A stretch of 64,000 nucleotides of DNA from positions 42,781-106,780 of IMG/VR virus record IMGVR_UViG_3300037483_001170. The stretch is one strand, 5' to 3'. Below, piece after piece: positions 45,322 to 55,148 of this stretch. Made by a program: the position numbers and the translations under genes. This DNA comes from a virus. Position 1 is the stretch's first letter; the number at the start of each line of letters is the position of its first letter. The notes under the pieces were generated by a model. It was not told where the DNA came from, ran no database searches, and was given only the letters and a program-made list of their open reading frames with translations.

Positions 45322-46356
45322 ATGGCACAGCCGCTGGCGCACATCGTCCCCACTCCCACCGACCGCGGTCTCGTGCTCAGTCTCGGCGGCGATGACCCGC
45401 GGCGTACGCGCGAGATCATCATGGCGATGTACGCGTACCTGATCGACAAGCCGATCAACACGCGACGCACGTACCGACAGGGCATCCGACAGTTTCTCGA
45501 TCTGACGCGGTGGAGGGACGTCCGGCAGATCTCGCTCGCCGACGCGGCGCACTACAAGCAGTGGCTCATCAACCAGAACTACAGCAAGAGCACCATCTGC
45601 ACGCGGCTCGCTGCCGTCGACGGCTTCTTCGGCTACCTCGCTCGGAAGCAGATCCTCACGCAGAACCCGTTCGACCTCGTCACCCGAAAAGACGTCCTGC
45701 CGACGCCGGTCCCCTGCGTACCGGTCGAGGATGACGACTTCCAGAAGATGCTCGATGCACTGCCCACAGATCCGATCGGCATGCGCGACCGCGCCGTCCT
45801 CATCTTCCTGGCCTACACCGGACGCCGCCGCTCCGAGGCCGCGGCTCTGCGCATCGCTGACCTGAACATCAACACGAGCCCCCGCACCTACCGCGTAACC
45901 ATGAGGGACGGTCAAGAGAAGACGTTCGAACTGCCGGACGAGGTCTACCAGGCGATGCGCTCGCACTGGCTCAGCTCGCAGCGCCTGAAAGACCTAGGAC
46001 CCGACAGCGCCGTCTTCGGCGAAGCGAAGCCCTGCCCGATGGCAGCCGGCATGAATCCGGAACGAGTCCTACACCACGACCTCATCTGGCAGATCGTGAA
46101 CCGCGCAGCCGTACGCGCCGGCCTAGAACCGTCGAAGATCAAGATTCACGGCCTGCGACACATGGCGGCGCGCGATCTTGGCAAGAGCGGCGCACGTCTT
46201 CGAGACGTCCAGGCGTTCCTTGGCCATGCGTGGCCCAGCGCTGCGCAGCGCTATCTTGGACAGCTCCGTGAACCGCCCGCCGTTCTCCGTGATGCGCTAC
46301 GGAGCGTACGACGCGCGGCCGCACAGAGCGCCGAGCCGATCGTAGACGTCGCCTGA
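45322..46356 (+). CDS. tyrosine recombinase / integrase (XerC/D-like)
   Basis: SAM-like N-domain; RDRA..YTGRR.SE, HGLRH, LGH....RY catalytic set. Confidence 0.9.
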   Translation: MAQPLAHIVPTPTDRGLVLSLGGDDPRRTREIIMAMYAYLIDKPINTRRTYRQGIRQFLDLTRWRDVRQISLADAAHYKQWLINQNYSKSTICTRLAAVDGFFGYLARKQILTQNPFDLVTRKDVLPTPVPCVPVEDDDFQKMLDALPTDPIGMRDRAVLIFLAYTGRRRSEAAALRIADLNINTSPRTYRVTMRDGQEKTFELPDEVYQAMRSHWLSSQRLKDLGPDSAVFGEAKPCPMAAGMNPERVLHHDLIWQIVNRAAVRAGLEPSKIKIHGLRHMAARDLGKSGARLRDVQAFLGHAWPSAAQRYLGQLREPPAVLRDALRSVRRAAAQSAEPIVDVA

Positions 46357-46403
46357 CTGACCCGTCTGCGCCCTTGCGCCACCTTCAGTCGACGGGACCG
46401 GTC

Positions 46404-47213
46404 TCACGTCTTCAGCTTCGGCTGCCGCGCTGCCCAGATCGCCAGGCCACCCATCAGAAGTGCGCCACCGCCACCCGCCACAACCCACGGAACCCAGCTA
46501 GGTACGCCAGCAAAAACGCTCCGCTGAGCCGTGTGCCCCTCATGTTCAATCGTCACGTAGTTCTCGGGCCAACCGATTGAACCCCCGCGGGGCGCACTGT
46601 CACCCCCCTCCGAGAGGTACCAGTTTCCGTCTCGCATCACGATGCGTGACTGCGGGTTCCGGCGCATGAAGCTGGCCGACACAGTCGCGTCGGCGAAGTC
46701 CGTCGCACGTGGCACAGCGTTCGGCGTGCGCGCCTGCGCCCAGCGAAGCACCGTCGGCGCAGACGGCAGACTGTCCCACGAACGGCTTGCTGCTTCCTGG
46801 CGGCGCGCCAGCTGCGACGGCGTACACCGATCTGGATGTGCCACACAGCCCGATCCGGACATCGAAGCCCAGATCGGATTCACCGGCTGACTGTGCGCGC
46901 GCACGAGTGAGGCGAGGTTCGAGCCCTGACGGTTCGCCAGCCGCTGCGCGTACGTCCAGAGCGTCGCGTTCTTATTGCCGCCCTCGTACTGGATCGAGCG
47001 TGCAAGCCAGAGCGCGTCCTCCGGTGTGATCTGGTACGACCAGCCGTCTGCCGTTCTGATGCGACCCAGCTGGGAAGCAACAGGCGCCGCACCCAGGCCC
47101 ATCGCCTCGCGCGAGATGCGCCAAGACGGAATTGGCACAGCTTTCACCGTGCGAAAAGACGAGCCCCGATGCAGATCGAGGTCATACAGCGGTACTCCGG
47201 CGCGGTAGCTCAT
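46404..47213 (-). CDS. putative SleB-like cell-wall hydrolase with C-terminal TM
   Basis: MSY start, AMGLG, DALWLARSIQYEGG catalytic-Glu-like motif, WVPWVVAGGGGALLMGGLAIW. Confidence 0.55.
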   Translation of the reverse strand: MSYRAGVPLYDLDLHRGSSFRTVKAVPIPSWRISREAMGLGAAPVASQLGRIRTADGWSYQITPEDALWLARSIQYEGGNKNATLWTYAQRLANRQGSNLASLVRAHSQPVNPIWASMSGSGCVAHPDRCTPSQLARRQEAASRSWDSLPSAPTVLRWAQARTPNAVPRATDFADATVSASFMRRNPQSRIVMRDGNWYLSEGGDSAPRGGSIGWPENYVTIEHEGHTAQRSVFAGVPSWVPWVVAGGGGALLMGGLAIWAARQPKLKT

Positions 47214-47303
47214 GTGCAAAGCGTAGCGCATCACGAGCAAAACTTGCCAGTGTCCGACACTTGTGGCAGTGTGTCGTATGCTCCATCAGCACGAGGAATG
47301 TTC

Positions 47304-48716
47304 ATGACCGGTCGCGAGGTAAGCGAGAGGGCCGCCTACGTCACCGAGAAGGCCCGAGCCGACGCCGCCGAGGCCGAGCTGGCGGCGCTGCGTGAGACGG
47401 CACGCGAAGTTCTCGACTCGGACGTGGCGCTCTCGTGCGCCCGCTCGTCCAACATGGACGTCGGCGGCGCGACCGACGAACAGGTCCGGGAGACGCAGCA
47501 CAGGGCTGACCGCGCGCTCGGCTCGCTCCGCGCCGCCCTCACCGCCCCCGCCGCGCCCGAGCACAAGGCGAGCGAGCGAGAGGTGGTCGCCGACGCGCAG
47601 CCGTTCGACCGCGAACTGCGCGCGCTGATCAACAAGCACTCGCGCGAGAACGGCAGCGACACGCCCGACTTCATCCTCACGGCGTTCCTCATGCAGTCGC
47701 TCGCGGCGTTCGACCACGCGACGAAGAGCCGCAGCGAGTGGTACGCGCCGCCGGTCGAGGCGAGCGAGATGGACATGGACGCCGCTGGGCCCGCCACCCC
47801 ACCCACGACCTCGGCGCAGCGCGTACCACACGCCGCGACGACCGACGCCGTGCTCGCGAAGCTCCGCGCGATGACGCCGGACGAGGCGCTCGCGACGTTC
47901 GTGGCTGCGGGCACCCACAACGCCGACGGCTCGCTGACGGCGACGTACGGGGGCGACGCGCAGCGCGGAGGGGATGCGCTGGGGGAGTGGCTGTTGAAAC
48001 TGTGCAGCGTCGAACACGCCCACGGGCACAGCGTCGGCCAGCGCGCCGACGCCATCCTCGCCCGCGTCGGCCCGCCTCCCTCGCCCGCGCGAGACGACGG
48101 GGCGCCGCTGCACTGCGATGCGCTGGCGACGTGCATGCGCTCGCGCGGACACGATGGCCCGTGCATCTCCCCTGACGACGTTCGCGGGTCCCCTGCCGAT
48201 CGGAACTACCTTCGCGGCGTCGTGACGCTGGCGCGCGCGGAGCCATCGCTACCCGTCGAGTCGGTCATGTACCAAGCGGGCGTGCCGGGCCGTGTCGGCG
48301 ATGCGGAGCACGAAGCCGCGTACGCCCTCGGCCATCCTTCCGGCCCGCCCCCCTCGCCCGCGTTCACCGAGGCGGACCTGGACGCACACGTGGAGAGCGC
48401 GGCTGTTGCGTTTCTCGCAGCATGGGACAACGACGGCGACGTTCTCGGCGCGCGATGCGATCTGCGGTCTGCGATCGACCGCGCACAGTTTGCCCGCCGG
48501 CTTCCCGATCGTGCAGGCCACGTGTTCTTCGCCGAGGCCGATCTGATCAAGGTGGCAACGAAGGCGCGAGAGACGACGCTGGACGCCGTGGAGTGGATCG
48601 CCAAGGAGGCCGCACGCACGGTTCGCCACAACGCCGACGAGGACCCGTACATCACGGCCCGGTCGAACATGGGCCTTCTCGTCGCCGCGTACGTGGCGGA
48701 GCGGGGTGCGAGGTGA
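47304..48716 (+). CDS. mosaic hypothetical phage protein
   Basis: GAGGA SD; INKHSRENGSDTPDFIL domain; GPPPSPA twice. Confidence 0.65.
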   Translation: MTGREVSERAAYVTEKARADAAEAELAALRETAREVLDSDVALSCARSSNMDVGGATDEQVRETQHRADRALGSLRAALTAPAAPEHKASEREVVADAQPFDRELRALINKHSRENGSDTPDFILTAFLMQSLAAFDHATKSRSEWYAPPVEASEMDMDAAGPATPPTTSAQRVPHAATTDAVLAKLRAMTPDEALATFVAAGTHNADGSLTATYGGDAQRGGDALGEWLLKLCSVEHAHGHSVGQRADAILARVGPPPSPARDDGAPLHCDALATCMRSRGHDGPCISPDDVRGSPADRNYLRGVVTLARAEPSLPVESVMYQAGVPGRVGDAEHEAAYALGHPSGPPPSPAFTEADLDAHVESAAVAFLAAWDNDGDVLGARCDLRSAIDRAQFARRLPDRAGHVFFAEADLIKVATKARETTLDAVEWIAKEAARTVRHNADEDPYITARSNMGLLVAAYVAERGAR

Positions 48717-49096
48717 GCACTAAGACCAACGCGTGCGATGCGTGTGGCCGGTCGCCCTCTATGCCGGTCGTCGAAGGCGCCCCGTGCATCGCGTTCGGCG
48801 GCGACTGCGGCGGGCGATTCGCGCGCATGTTCCCGGTGCACGAGGGATCGCGTCGTCGTGTCCCCAGCTGCCCGAGGTCGGTCCCGTGGGGAGTGCTCGC
48901 GTCGCACGAGCGGCAGGCCGTCCAGAACCACAGCCAGTCGCTAGAGCGCCTCGCCGAGCGCGGCGGGCTCGACCTCGTGGAGATGGTCTGCGTGCTGACC
49001 GACGTTCCGTGGCGCGCCGTGGAGATGACCGAGCGCGAGGCGTTGCCCGTCGTGCTGGCCGCCGTCGCTGAGTACGTCGCCCGGAGCCGCTCATGA
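48713..49096 (+). CDS. hypothetical phage protein
   Basis: PW..HE.QA..NH.QSLERLAERGGL motif. Confidence 0.65.
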   Translation: MSTKTNACDACGRSPSMPVVEGAPCIAFGGDCGGRFARMFPVHEGSRRRVPSCPRSVPWGVLASHERQAVQNHSQSLERLAERGGLDLVEMVCVLTDVPWRAVEMTEREALPVVLAAVAEYVARSRS

Positions 49097-49437
49097 CCCG
49101 CCCCACGACTCGCCGCGCGAAGCCCGCGCTGGTGAAGCACAAGGCCGGATGTGAGCGCCGCCGCTGCGACGGCTGCGAGTGCGTCTGCACATGCGGCGCG
49201 ACGGTTCCGCCGTGGGCCGCCGACCGCGTCGCGAAGCCCGTGAACCTGAGCCACCCGCCTGTGACGCGGAGAGGGCCTCGGGGCGTCGAGTTCAACGACG
49301 CGATCGCGAAACTGAACGCTGAGAAGGCGGGGCTGGTGAAAGCACCTAGTAGAGGCGGCATGAAGAAGCGCGCGAAGCTCGTGAAAACATATCCCCTCCG
49401 CTCCGTCCTCGCCGCGCCTCGTCGGGGTGCGCGGTGA
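49093..49437 (+). CDS. Cys-rich basic hypothetical protein
   Basis: ATGA coupling. Confidence 0.45.
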   Translation: MTRPTTRRAKPALVKHKAGCERRRCDGCECVCTCGATVPPWAADRVAKPVNLSHPPVTRRGPRGVEFNDAIAKLNAEKAGLVKAPSRGGMKKRAKLVKTYPLRSVLAAPRRGAR

Positions 49438-49621
49438 CGGCCAGGTGCGCGGTGTGCGGGTGGAAGCGGTTCTACCCCATGCCGCAGAAGAGCACGATCC
49501 GCGAGGGCCACCTCCGGACGATCTACTGCTTCAACGCCGAGGCGCGCGACCGGCACACGCTCTGCGCTTGGTGCCTTGAACGGCGCGGCTTCTCTCCCCT
49601 CAGTCGATCGACGGTGACGCC

Positions 49622-49831
49622 ATGACCCGCGTCACGCTGACATCGGACCGCGGGTGGAAGCCCGGCGAGCCGCACGACTGGAAGCCGCAGGAGCGCGTGC
49701 TCGTCTTGCTCGAAACGCCCGGCCGCGCTGGCACCGTCGTGTTCGCGGGGGCCGCGCCGCACGACATCGCCGCCGCGCAGGGCATCCACGCCGCCGTTTC
49801 CGCCGTTCTCGACAAAGCAGACCGCGCATGA
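49622..49831 (+). CDS. hypothetical protein
   Basis: ATGA coupling. Confidence 0.45.
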   Translation: MTRVTLTSDRGWKPGEPHDWKPQERVLVLLETPGRAGTVVFAGAAPHDIAAAQGIHAAVSAVLDKADRA

Positions 49832-50544
49832 GCATGCGGCGCATGTATTCCAACGGTCAGCGCTTCGGAAAGTGGACGATCACCGAAGCGTACCTGCCCG
49901 ACCAGCCGAACTACGCGCGCTGTCAATGCGACTGCGGAACCGTTCGCGTGCTGTCGCGGTCCGCGCTCCAGGCCGGCCGGACCACGCAGTGCCGCCGCTG
50001 CTGGATTCCGCAGTCTCGTGAGTACTTCAACGGTCAGCGCTTCGGGAGCTGGACCATCATCGAGGCGTACGCGCCTGCTCCGCCAGAAGGGCAGGCCGTC
50101 TGTCAGTGCGACTGCGGTACGGTGAAGCGCATCCAGCGCGGCCAGTTGCGGCACGGTTTAACGAAGCGATGCATGCGCTGTAAGCTAGCGTGGTCGGAAC
50201 GGCTGATCGGCAAGAAGTTCCGGTCGCTCGTGATCACCGAGGTCGACGTTGCCGGTAGAATGGCGACGCTGAAATGCGAACGGTGCGAGCGATGTATCGT
50301 GCGCGACCTGCAATACGCCCGCGGCCGTAGTGACAGGAACAGGGTCGGTCGCTGCCCGTACTGCGACGTGGTCGGGAACCCCACCGCGCTTCTTCGCACC
50401 GGTGTTACGCGGCAAGCCGTCTTCGCTCGCATCGAGCGCGGCTGGACACGGGAAGAGGCGACGACGTATCCAAAGGGACAGGCTCCTGAGCGGATCAAGG
50501 CGCTGTGGAGCAAGCGGGGGCCGAAGCCAGGGAGCCCGGTGTGA
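49828..50544 (+). CDS. repeat Zn-binding protein (homing-endonuclease-type CxCxCG modules)
   Basis: NGQRFG.WTI.EAY..CQCDCGT twice plus a degenerate third; C-terminal RIERGW..EEA motif. Confidence 0.7.
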   Translation: MSMRRMYSNGQRFGKWTITEAYLPDQPNYARCQCDCGTVRVLSRSALQAGRTTQCRRCWIPQSREYFNGQRFGSWTIIEAYAPAPPEGQAVCQCDCGTVKRIQRGQLRHGLTKRCMRCKLAWSERLIGKKFRSLVITEVDVAGRMATLKCERCERCIVRDLQYARGRSDRNRVGRCPYCDVVGNPTALLRTGVTRQAVFARIERGWTREEATTYPKGQAPERIKALWSKRGPKPGSPV

Positions 50545-50891
50545 ACAGGCCGATCCATCTCAAGCCGTTCGTCTCCAGCGGTGAGGTCTTCCTCGTGCCA
50601 GGCGAAGCCACGCCCATTATCGTACCGATGCAGCTGTTCCAGACATCGGGCGGCGCGGTCGTGCTCCGCATCGGCGATACAACCTACTGGTTCGACGCGA
50701 ACGGGAAGTACGACGGCCCGGAGATGAACGTGCGTGCGGTTCCGACGCCTGAGAAGATCGCCGAGATCGCACAGCTACTCGATGACTGCGTGCCCAACAA
50801 GGGCCAGGCGCCTGCTACGTCGTACTTCGGACCAGGTTGCCCAGGCTACGACGCGGAAGTCGCAGGCTGGCCACGAAAGCTGGACTCGTGA
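50541..50891 (+). CDS. hypothetical protein
   Basis: GTGA coupling. Confidence 0.55.
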   Translation: MNRPIHLKPFVSSGEVFLVPGEATPIIVPMQLFQTSGGAVVLRIGDTTYWFDANGKYDGPEMNVRAVPTPEKIAEIAQLLDDCVPNKGQAPATSYFGPGCPGYDAEVAGWPRKLDS

Positions 50892-51301
50892 AGAAGAAGA
50901 TCAAGAAGACGCCCGCGGTTGTGAAGGGCAAACGCGCCGGCAAAGTGCGCGACTCGTCGCACAAGGGCAAGAAGCGCAGCGGTAGGCTCGTTGCCAGCTC
51001 GCCCAAGGCCAAGGAAGTCTCGAAAGAAAAACTGCGGGGCCAGGACTTCCTGAAGAAGCTGCGGGCGCAGGGTAGCGCATGGTGGACAGATCGCGCCGCA
51101 GACACGCGATGCCTCATCACGTCAGAGGCGCCGAATGCAGACACCTACTCCAGGGTGCTCGTTGTCGTGGGCAACAAGCTGCGCGTCGGCGCCATCGCCG
51201 ACAAGCAAGGCCTCCTCGTCTGCTGCACGGACGGCATACATGCGTTCGTTCCATGGAAGAACGTCGTCGGTCTCGTTCTGGAGACCAAAAAGCGCATGTA
51301 G
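50888..51301 (+). CDS. Lys-rich basic protein
   Basis: Highly basic N-terminal half. Confidence 0.55.
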   Translation: MKKKIKKTPAVVKGKRAGKVRDSSHKGKKRSGRLVASSPKAKEVSKEKLRGQDFLKKLRAQGSAWWTDRAADTRCLITSEAPNADTYSRVLVVVGNKLRVGAIADKQGLLVCCTDGIHAFVPWKNVVGLVLETKKRM

Positions 51302-51348
51302 TCGAGAGCCACTTGCAAGACGGAGCGGGCCATGCTCATCCTCCCGGC

Positions 51349-51600
51349 ATGGCCAACACGCGTACAGCAACACTCATCCGTGACGAGTTCGAACAGTGGC
51401 TCGACGACCACCGTGACGAGGTGATGGATCACCTCGATCAGCGGCCTCGCAGTCTCGGCAACTGGATCATGGCCTTCAGCAAGGCGATGGCAGCCACCGC
51501 CGAGGAGCACGGTCACGAGGATGACGAGGGTATCGACGGCGCCTTCGGCAATGAAGAGGGCGACGTGCCCAGCATCTTCGGCGACCTCGACGAGGGCTGA
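51349..51600 (+). CDS. acidic small protein
   Basis: TTGCAA..CATCCT-N6-ATG; D/E-rich. Confidence 0.6.
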   Translation: MANTRTATLIRDEFEQWLDDHRDEVMDHLDQRPRSLGNWIMAFSKAMAATAEEHGHEDDEGIDGAFGNEEGDVPSIFGDLDEG

Positions 51601-52436
51601 TGCGTTTTCGTCTAGGTGAAGATGAGCATCGGTACCTCACGCTACGCAGCGAGGTCTACCTACGTCTCTTGCCGCACCTGCCGCAGAAGACGCTCGTAGA
51701 GGTCATGCGCAACCTCGGCAAGCTCGAAGCCATGAGCTACGGCGAGGGAATCAAGCAGGGCATGGCGGTCGCGTACCTCGGCACGGCCGAGCTAGATGCG
51801 ATGATGCCGATCGCGGCGCACTCCGTCTTCTATGGAGATGCGTCGACGCCGCTCGGACGCGTCGAGAGCGCTCTCGCCCACGCGGACGACGCCGCTCATC
51901 CGTGGCTCACGCAGAAGCCGGTGGAGTTTCCTCCTCAGACGCTCGCCGAGGCGCTCGCCGCGTACGGTCCGACGCTGGACGCTGCTCCCAACGCAGAAGC
52001 GCCGGCACCGCGTACCCGTCCCGGATGGGTGCGCGTCGAACCGGACCCTGGCGCCGAGCAGGTTGTAGCAGCCCTCGCTGCCCTCGATGAGCTACCGGAA
52101 GAGGGCGACGCGCCCGATCCGTTCGAAGAGCAGATCGCACAGGACACTGCTGACGCGAAAGAGCGCGGAGAAGATCGCGCGCAGAGCCCTGACTACCTCG
52201 ATCGCGCTCGCTCGACGATCCAGACGGAAATGAAGAACGGCTGGGAACCGAAAACCTGGACCGACCTCATCTTGCGGCTGATGGCCGTCATGCAGGTCGA
52301 CGGCGGATTTCTCGACCTTCAACTCGGCGGAGAGCAGGGACGCGCAGTACTCGATCAGTGCGGACTGCTCAACATCAACCCAGGGGCCGGCGTACTGGTC
52401 GATGCCGAAGGGAAGTTCAAGGGCGTGCGTACGTGA
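51600..52436 (+). CDS. hypothetical protein
   Basis: TGATG coupling, 278 aa. Confidence 0.65.
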   Translation: MRFRLGEDEHRYLTLRSEVYLRLLPHLPQKTLVEVMRNLGKLEAMSYGEGIKQGMAVAYLGTAELDAMMPIAAHSVFYGDASTPLGRVESALAHADDAAHPWLTQKPVEFPPQTLAEALAAYGPTLDAAPNAEAPAPRTRPGWVRVEPDPGAEQVVAALAALDELPEEGDAPDPFEEQIAQDTADAKERGEDRAQSPDYLDRARSTIQTEMKNGWEPKTWTDLILRLMAVMQVDGGFLDLQLGGEQGRAVLDQCGLLNINPGAGVLVDAEGKFKGVRT

Positions 52437-52726
52437 AGGGCCGGCGTGTGACGGAAATACGCGAGGCGCTCGGCCTGAACCGTGGCCAGTTCGCAGAACT
52501 GATGGGCGTCCACTCCGCTTCGGTCTACCGGTGGGAATCCGCGCGCGGAGAGCTGATTGTCGACCCCTTCCATGGCCGCCTGCTCGCGCTGATGGACAGC
52601 ACAAAAGCAGGTGCACTTCCGCGGCTAGGACGGCGCGTTATACCCGCGCTGATGACGCGCGGGCCGCTATACGCGCTGCACCGGTTGTTGGCGGGCCTGT
52701 TCAAGCCTAGTACGCTTCGGGGATGA
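52433..52726 (+). CDS. XRE-family HTH transcriptional regulator
   Basis: IREALGLNRGQFAELMGVHSASVYRWE. Confidence 0.8.
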   Translation: MKGRRVTEIREALGLNRGQFAELMGVHSASVYRWESARGELIVDPFHGRLLALMDSTKAGALPRLGRRVIPALMTRGPLYALHRLLAGLFKPSTLRG

Positions 52727-53688
52727 AACGAGCAGGCCGGCTGCGGCGAAACGGCGACGACGAAAAACGCCGCATCTCAGCGTCCGACGCTCGCGCCATC
52801 TGGCGCGATCTCGGCAGGCCAGACGTCGATCTGGAGCAGCTTCGGATCGGCATCGAGATCGAACAGGAACACACGGACGACCTGCGCGACGCCGGACGCA
52901 TCGCGCTCGATCACCTGAACGAGTTCAGCGACTACTACACGCGGCTCACGAAGATGGAAGCGCGCGCGAAAGCGGGCCTCCCTCCGAATCCGCAGCTTCA
53001 CGTGAAGCTCACGCGCGCACAGGAAGATCTCATCGGCGAGTTCGATAACATCAACTGGCTCATCGAGGTGGGCCTCACGTACCAGGACGGAACGATCTCA
53101 GGCGACCGGGATGCGATGCGCATGCTCCTCGGCGCGTACGAAGACCGAGCCGATCCGGACGGCGACTGGGACGGCATCGGGGCGCCAGAGCGCCGGACGG
53201 CGAGAGCCGCCGTCGCCAAAATCCGCAAGGCCATGACGCCGCTTACGCCGAACGGCCCCATGCTTCCTCGCGCGCGCGAGTGCTTCGACGAGTGCTTCGA
53301 CGTTCTCTCCAGGCAGTTCCCGGACTTCGGTGAGCTAGAACTGCATCATGATGAGGCAGCCGGAGGAGACAACGGTCACGGCTCCGAGCGGCAGTTCGGG
53401 TTCTGCACCGTCGATCCGCCCTTCCAGATCAGCTTCGCCCAGAAGATCGAGGGTCTGCCCGACAAGTACATCCGCGGCCTGATGCGCCACGAGATGGGCC
53501 ACGCGCTCGATCACCGTTACGGTACGCAGCTGCCGAAGCTGCTTGGCAAGCGCCTGCCCGAGAGTGTAGAGCGTAGAGCCGACATGATCGCCGAACACGT
53601 CTTCGGCGACCCAGTCCGCTACGGAGACCTCGACGTGCAGTGCGTGCAGTGCGAGGGCAAGCCACGACGGCCCAGGAGGCTCGGTTGA
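52723..53688 (+). CDS. DUF5661-like domain plus zincin (HExxH) multidomain protein
   Basis: QLRIGIEIEQEHT..IALDHLNEFSDYYTRL; RHEMGHALD..ERRAD. Confidence 0.7.
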   Translation: MKRAGRLRRNGDDEKRRISASDARAIWRDLGRPDVDLEQLRIGIEIEQEHTDDLRDAGRIALDHLNEFSDYYTRLTKMEARAKAGLPPNPQLHVKLTRAQEDLIGEFDNINWLIEVGLTYQDGTISGDRDAMRMLLGAYEDRADPDGDWDGIGAPERRTARAAVAKIRKAMTPLTPNGPMLPRARECFDECFDVLSRQFPDFGELELHHDEAAGGDNGHGSERQFGFCTVDPPFQISFAQKIEGLPDKYIRGLMRHEMGHALDHRYGTQLPKLLGKRLPESVERRADMIAEHVFGDPVRYGDLDVQCVQCEGKPRRPRRLG

Positions 53689-53966
53689 CGAAAATCGGTG
53701 TGTTCAAGCGTCGGGTGTACGGCCAGCCCGAAGTGCTCTCCACTGCAACGTACTCGGTCGGCAGCCTGCTCGCCGAAGACGATGAGTGGACGCGCGTCGA
53801 CATGCACGAAGGCGCGATCGCGAACATCCGACGCGCGCTTGCTGCCGGTGAAGCGGCGCTCGCGATCGAGATGGCCGCCACCGTGCGCGACGGGGAGGTC
53901 ATCGACGTGGCCGTCATCGTCCGGACCGGCGAGGTACCGGACGTCTTCGTACGCGAGAAGGCCTAG
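53685..53966 (+). CDS. hypothetical protein
   Basis: TTGA coupling, GGAGG SD. Confidence 0.5.
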   Translation: MTKIGVFKRRVYGQPEVLSTATYSVGSLLAEDDEWTRVDMHEGAIANIRRALAAGEAALAIEMAATVRDGEVIDVAVIVRTGEVPDVFVREKA

Positions 53967-54013
53967 CTGCTGGAGTGCCGCAACCTCCTGGTCCTTCTCG
54001 TCGTCGGACACGC

Positions 54014-54385
54014 TCAGAATTCGTAGTATTCCAGCTCGGCGAACGATAGGTCGAACACGCGCTCGGGCTCGATGTTCTTCACGATCGCGCGCAGGCGCGC
54101 CTGGTCCTGACGCTTTCTCTGGAGATCGTCCATCTCCTCTCGAAGAGCAGCGCTGATCTTCGGCTCGCGTCCACCACGCTGCACGCGCAGAAGAAGCTCG
54201 GCAGCGTCTGCTACGCCCAGCTCTTTTGACAGACTCCTGATGCGGCCCTCACGCTCCTCGATCAGCCCATCGACTTCCTTCAGAAGGAGCGTGGCCTGCT
54301 CTCGGATCATCCCGCCTGTTTTCTGAAAGCGGATCGACGTGTAGCGGTGCTCGTCGAAGTTCGCGTACCCACTGATCTTCGGCAT
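54014..54385 (-). CDS. coiled-coil hypothetical protein
   Basis: GGAG SD. Confidence 0.6.
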   Translation of the reverse strand: MPKISGYANFDEHRYTSIRFQKTGGMIREQATLLLKEVDGLIEEREGRIRSLSKELGVADAAELLLRVQRGGREPKISAALREEMDDLQRKRQDQARLRAIVKNIEPERVFDLSFAELEYYEF

Positions 54386-54394
54386 CTTCTTCTC

Positions 54395-54883
54395 CTAGTT
54401 CCGTTTTGCGCGCAATTCAAGAATCTCTGACAGCGTCTGCGCGAACGCCTCCAGCTCCTCGCCTACAAACGGCACGCAGGCGACGCCGTCCAGCCCTCGC
54501 GACTTGAAGCTGAGCGTGCCACGGACATCGGGGCCCAGACCCAGATCGGTAGGGGAGGCCGCGCGATCTGCGACGTGAATAGCACCGATGTCGTCGTCGA
54601 AGTTGAACGTCATCCCGAGCCCTTTCGACTTGCTCATGAGATAGCGCTCTCCGGCAGTCACCGGCTTCTTCGGCACAGGCTCAGCGACGATAGACATCAG
54701 CTTGTCTCGCATCTGCACCGACAGCGCTTCGTTCAGCGCGAACACGAACTTCATCGCGGTCTTCTCTTCATGGAAAACGACGACGGTTGCGGCATACGAC
54801 TCGATCACGAAATCGAGCGCCTCTGGCGAGCCCATCCACACGGGTCCCATCCGAACACCGAGACCCTTCGGTGCGATCGCCAT
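54395..54883 (-). CDS. hypothetical protein
   Basis: ORF in operon context. Confidence 0.55.
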   Translation of the reverse strand: MAIAPKGLGVRMGPVWMGSPEALDFVIESYAATVVVFHEEKTAMKFVFALNEALSVQMRDKLMSIVAEPVPKKPVTAGERYLMSKSKGLGMTFNFDDDIGAIHVADRAASPTDLGLGPDVRGTLSFKSRGLDGVACVPFVGEELEAFAQTLSEILELRAKRN

Positions 54884-54887
54884 TTGC

Positions 54888-55148
54888 TCAGGTCTTCTTC
54901 CTGAAGTATTCACGCGCCACCCAGACGGTGTTCGGCCTGCCGCGGCCGCCCATGCGCGTGAACCCGGAATCGAACACGAGGCCCTTCAGAACCAGCTCGC
55001 GACGCCGCGCGCTCGCGCTCTGATGCGAGATCGCAAGCGCAGTCTCTGTCTGCCAGTCACTCGCGCCCTGGAACTTGAGCCCCCGAATGTACGCGATCAC
55101 CTTCTGCTGAAGACGCGCAAGCTTTTCCGTTTTCTTGTCGTCCATCAT
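54888..55148 (-). CDS. winged-helix DNA-binding protein
   Basis: HQSASARRRELV.KGLVFDSG..R..GR...VW. Confidence 0.7.
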   Translation of the reverse strand: MMDDKKTEKLARLQQKVIAYIRGLKFQGASDWQTETALAISHQSASARRRELVLKGLVFDSGFTRMGGRGRPNTVWVAREYFRKKT

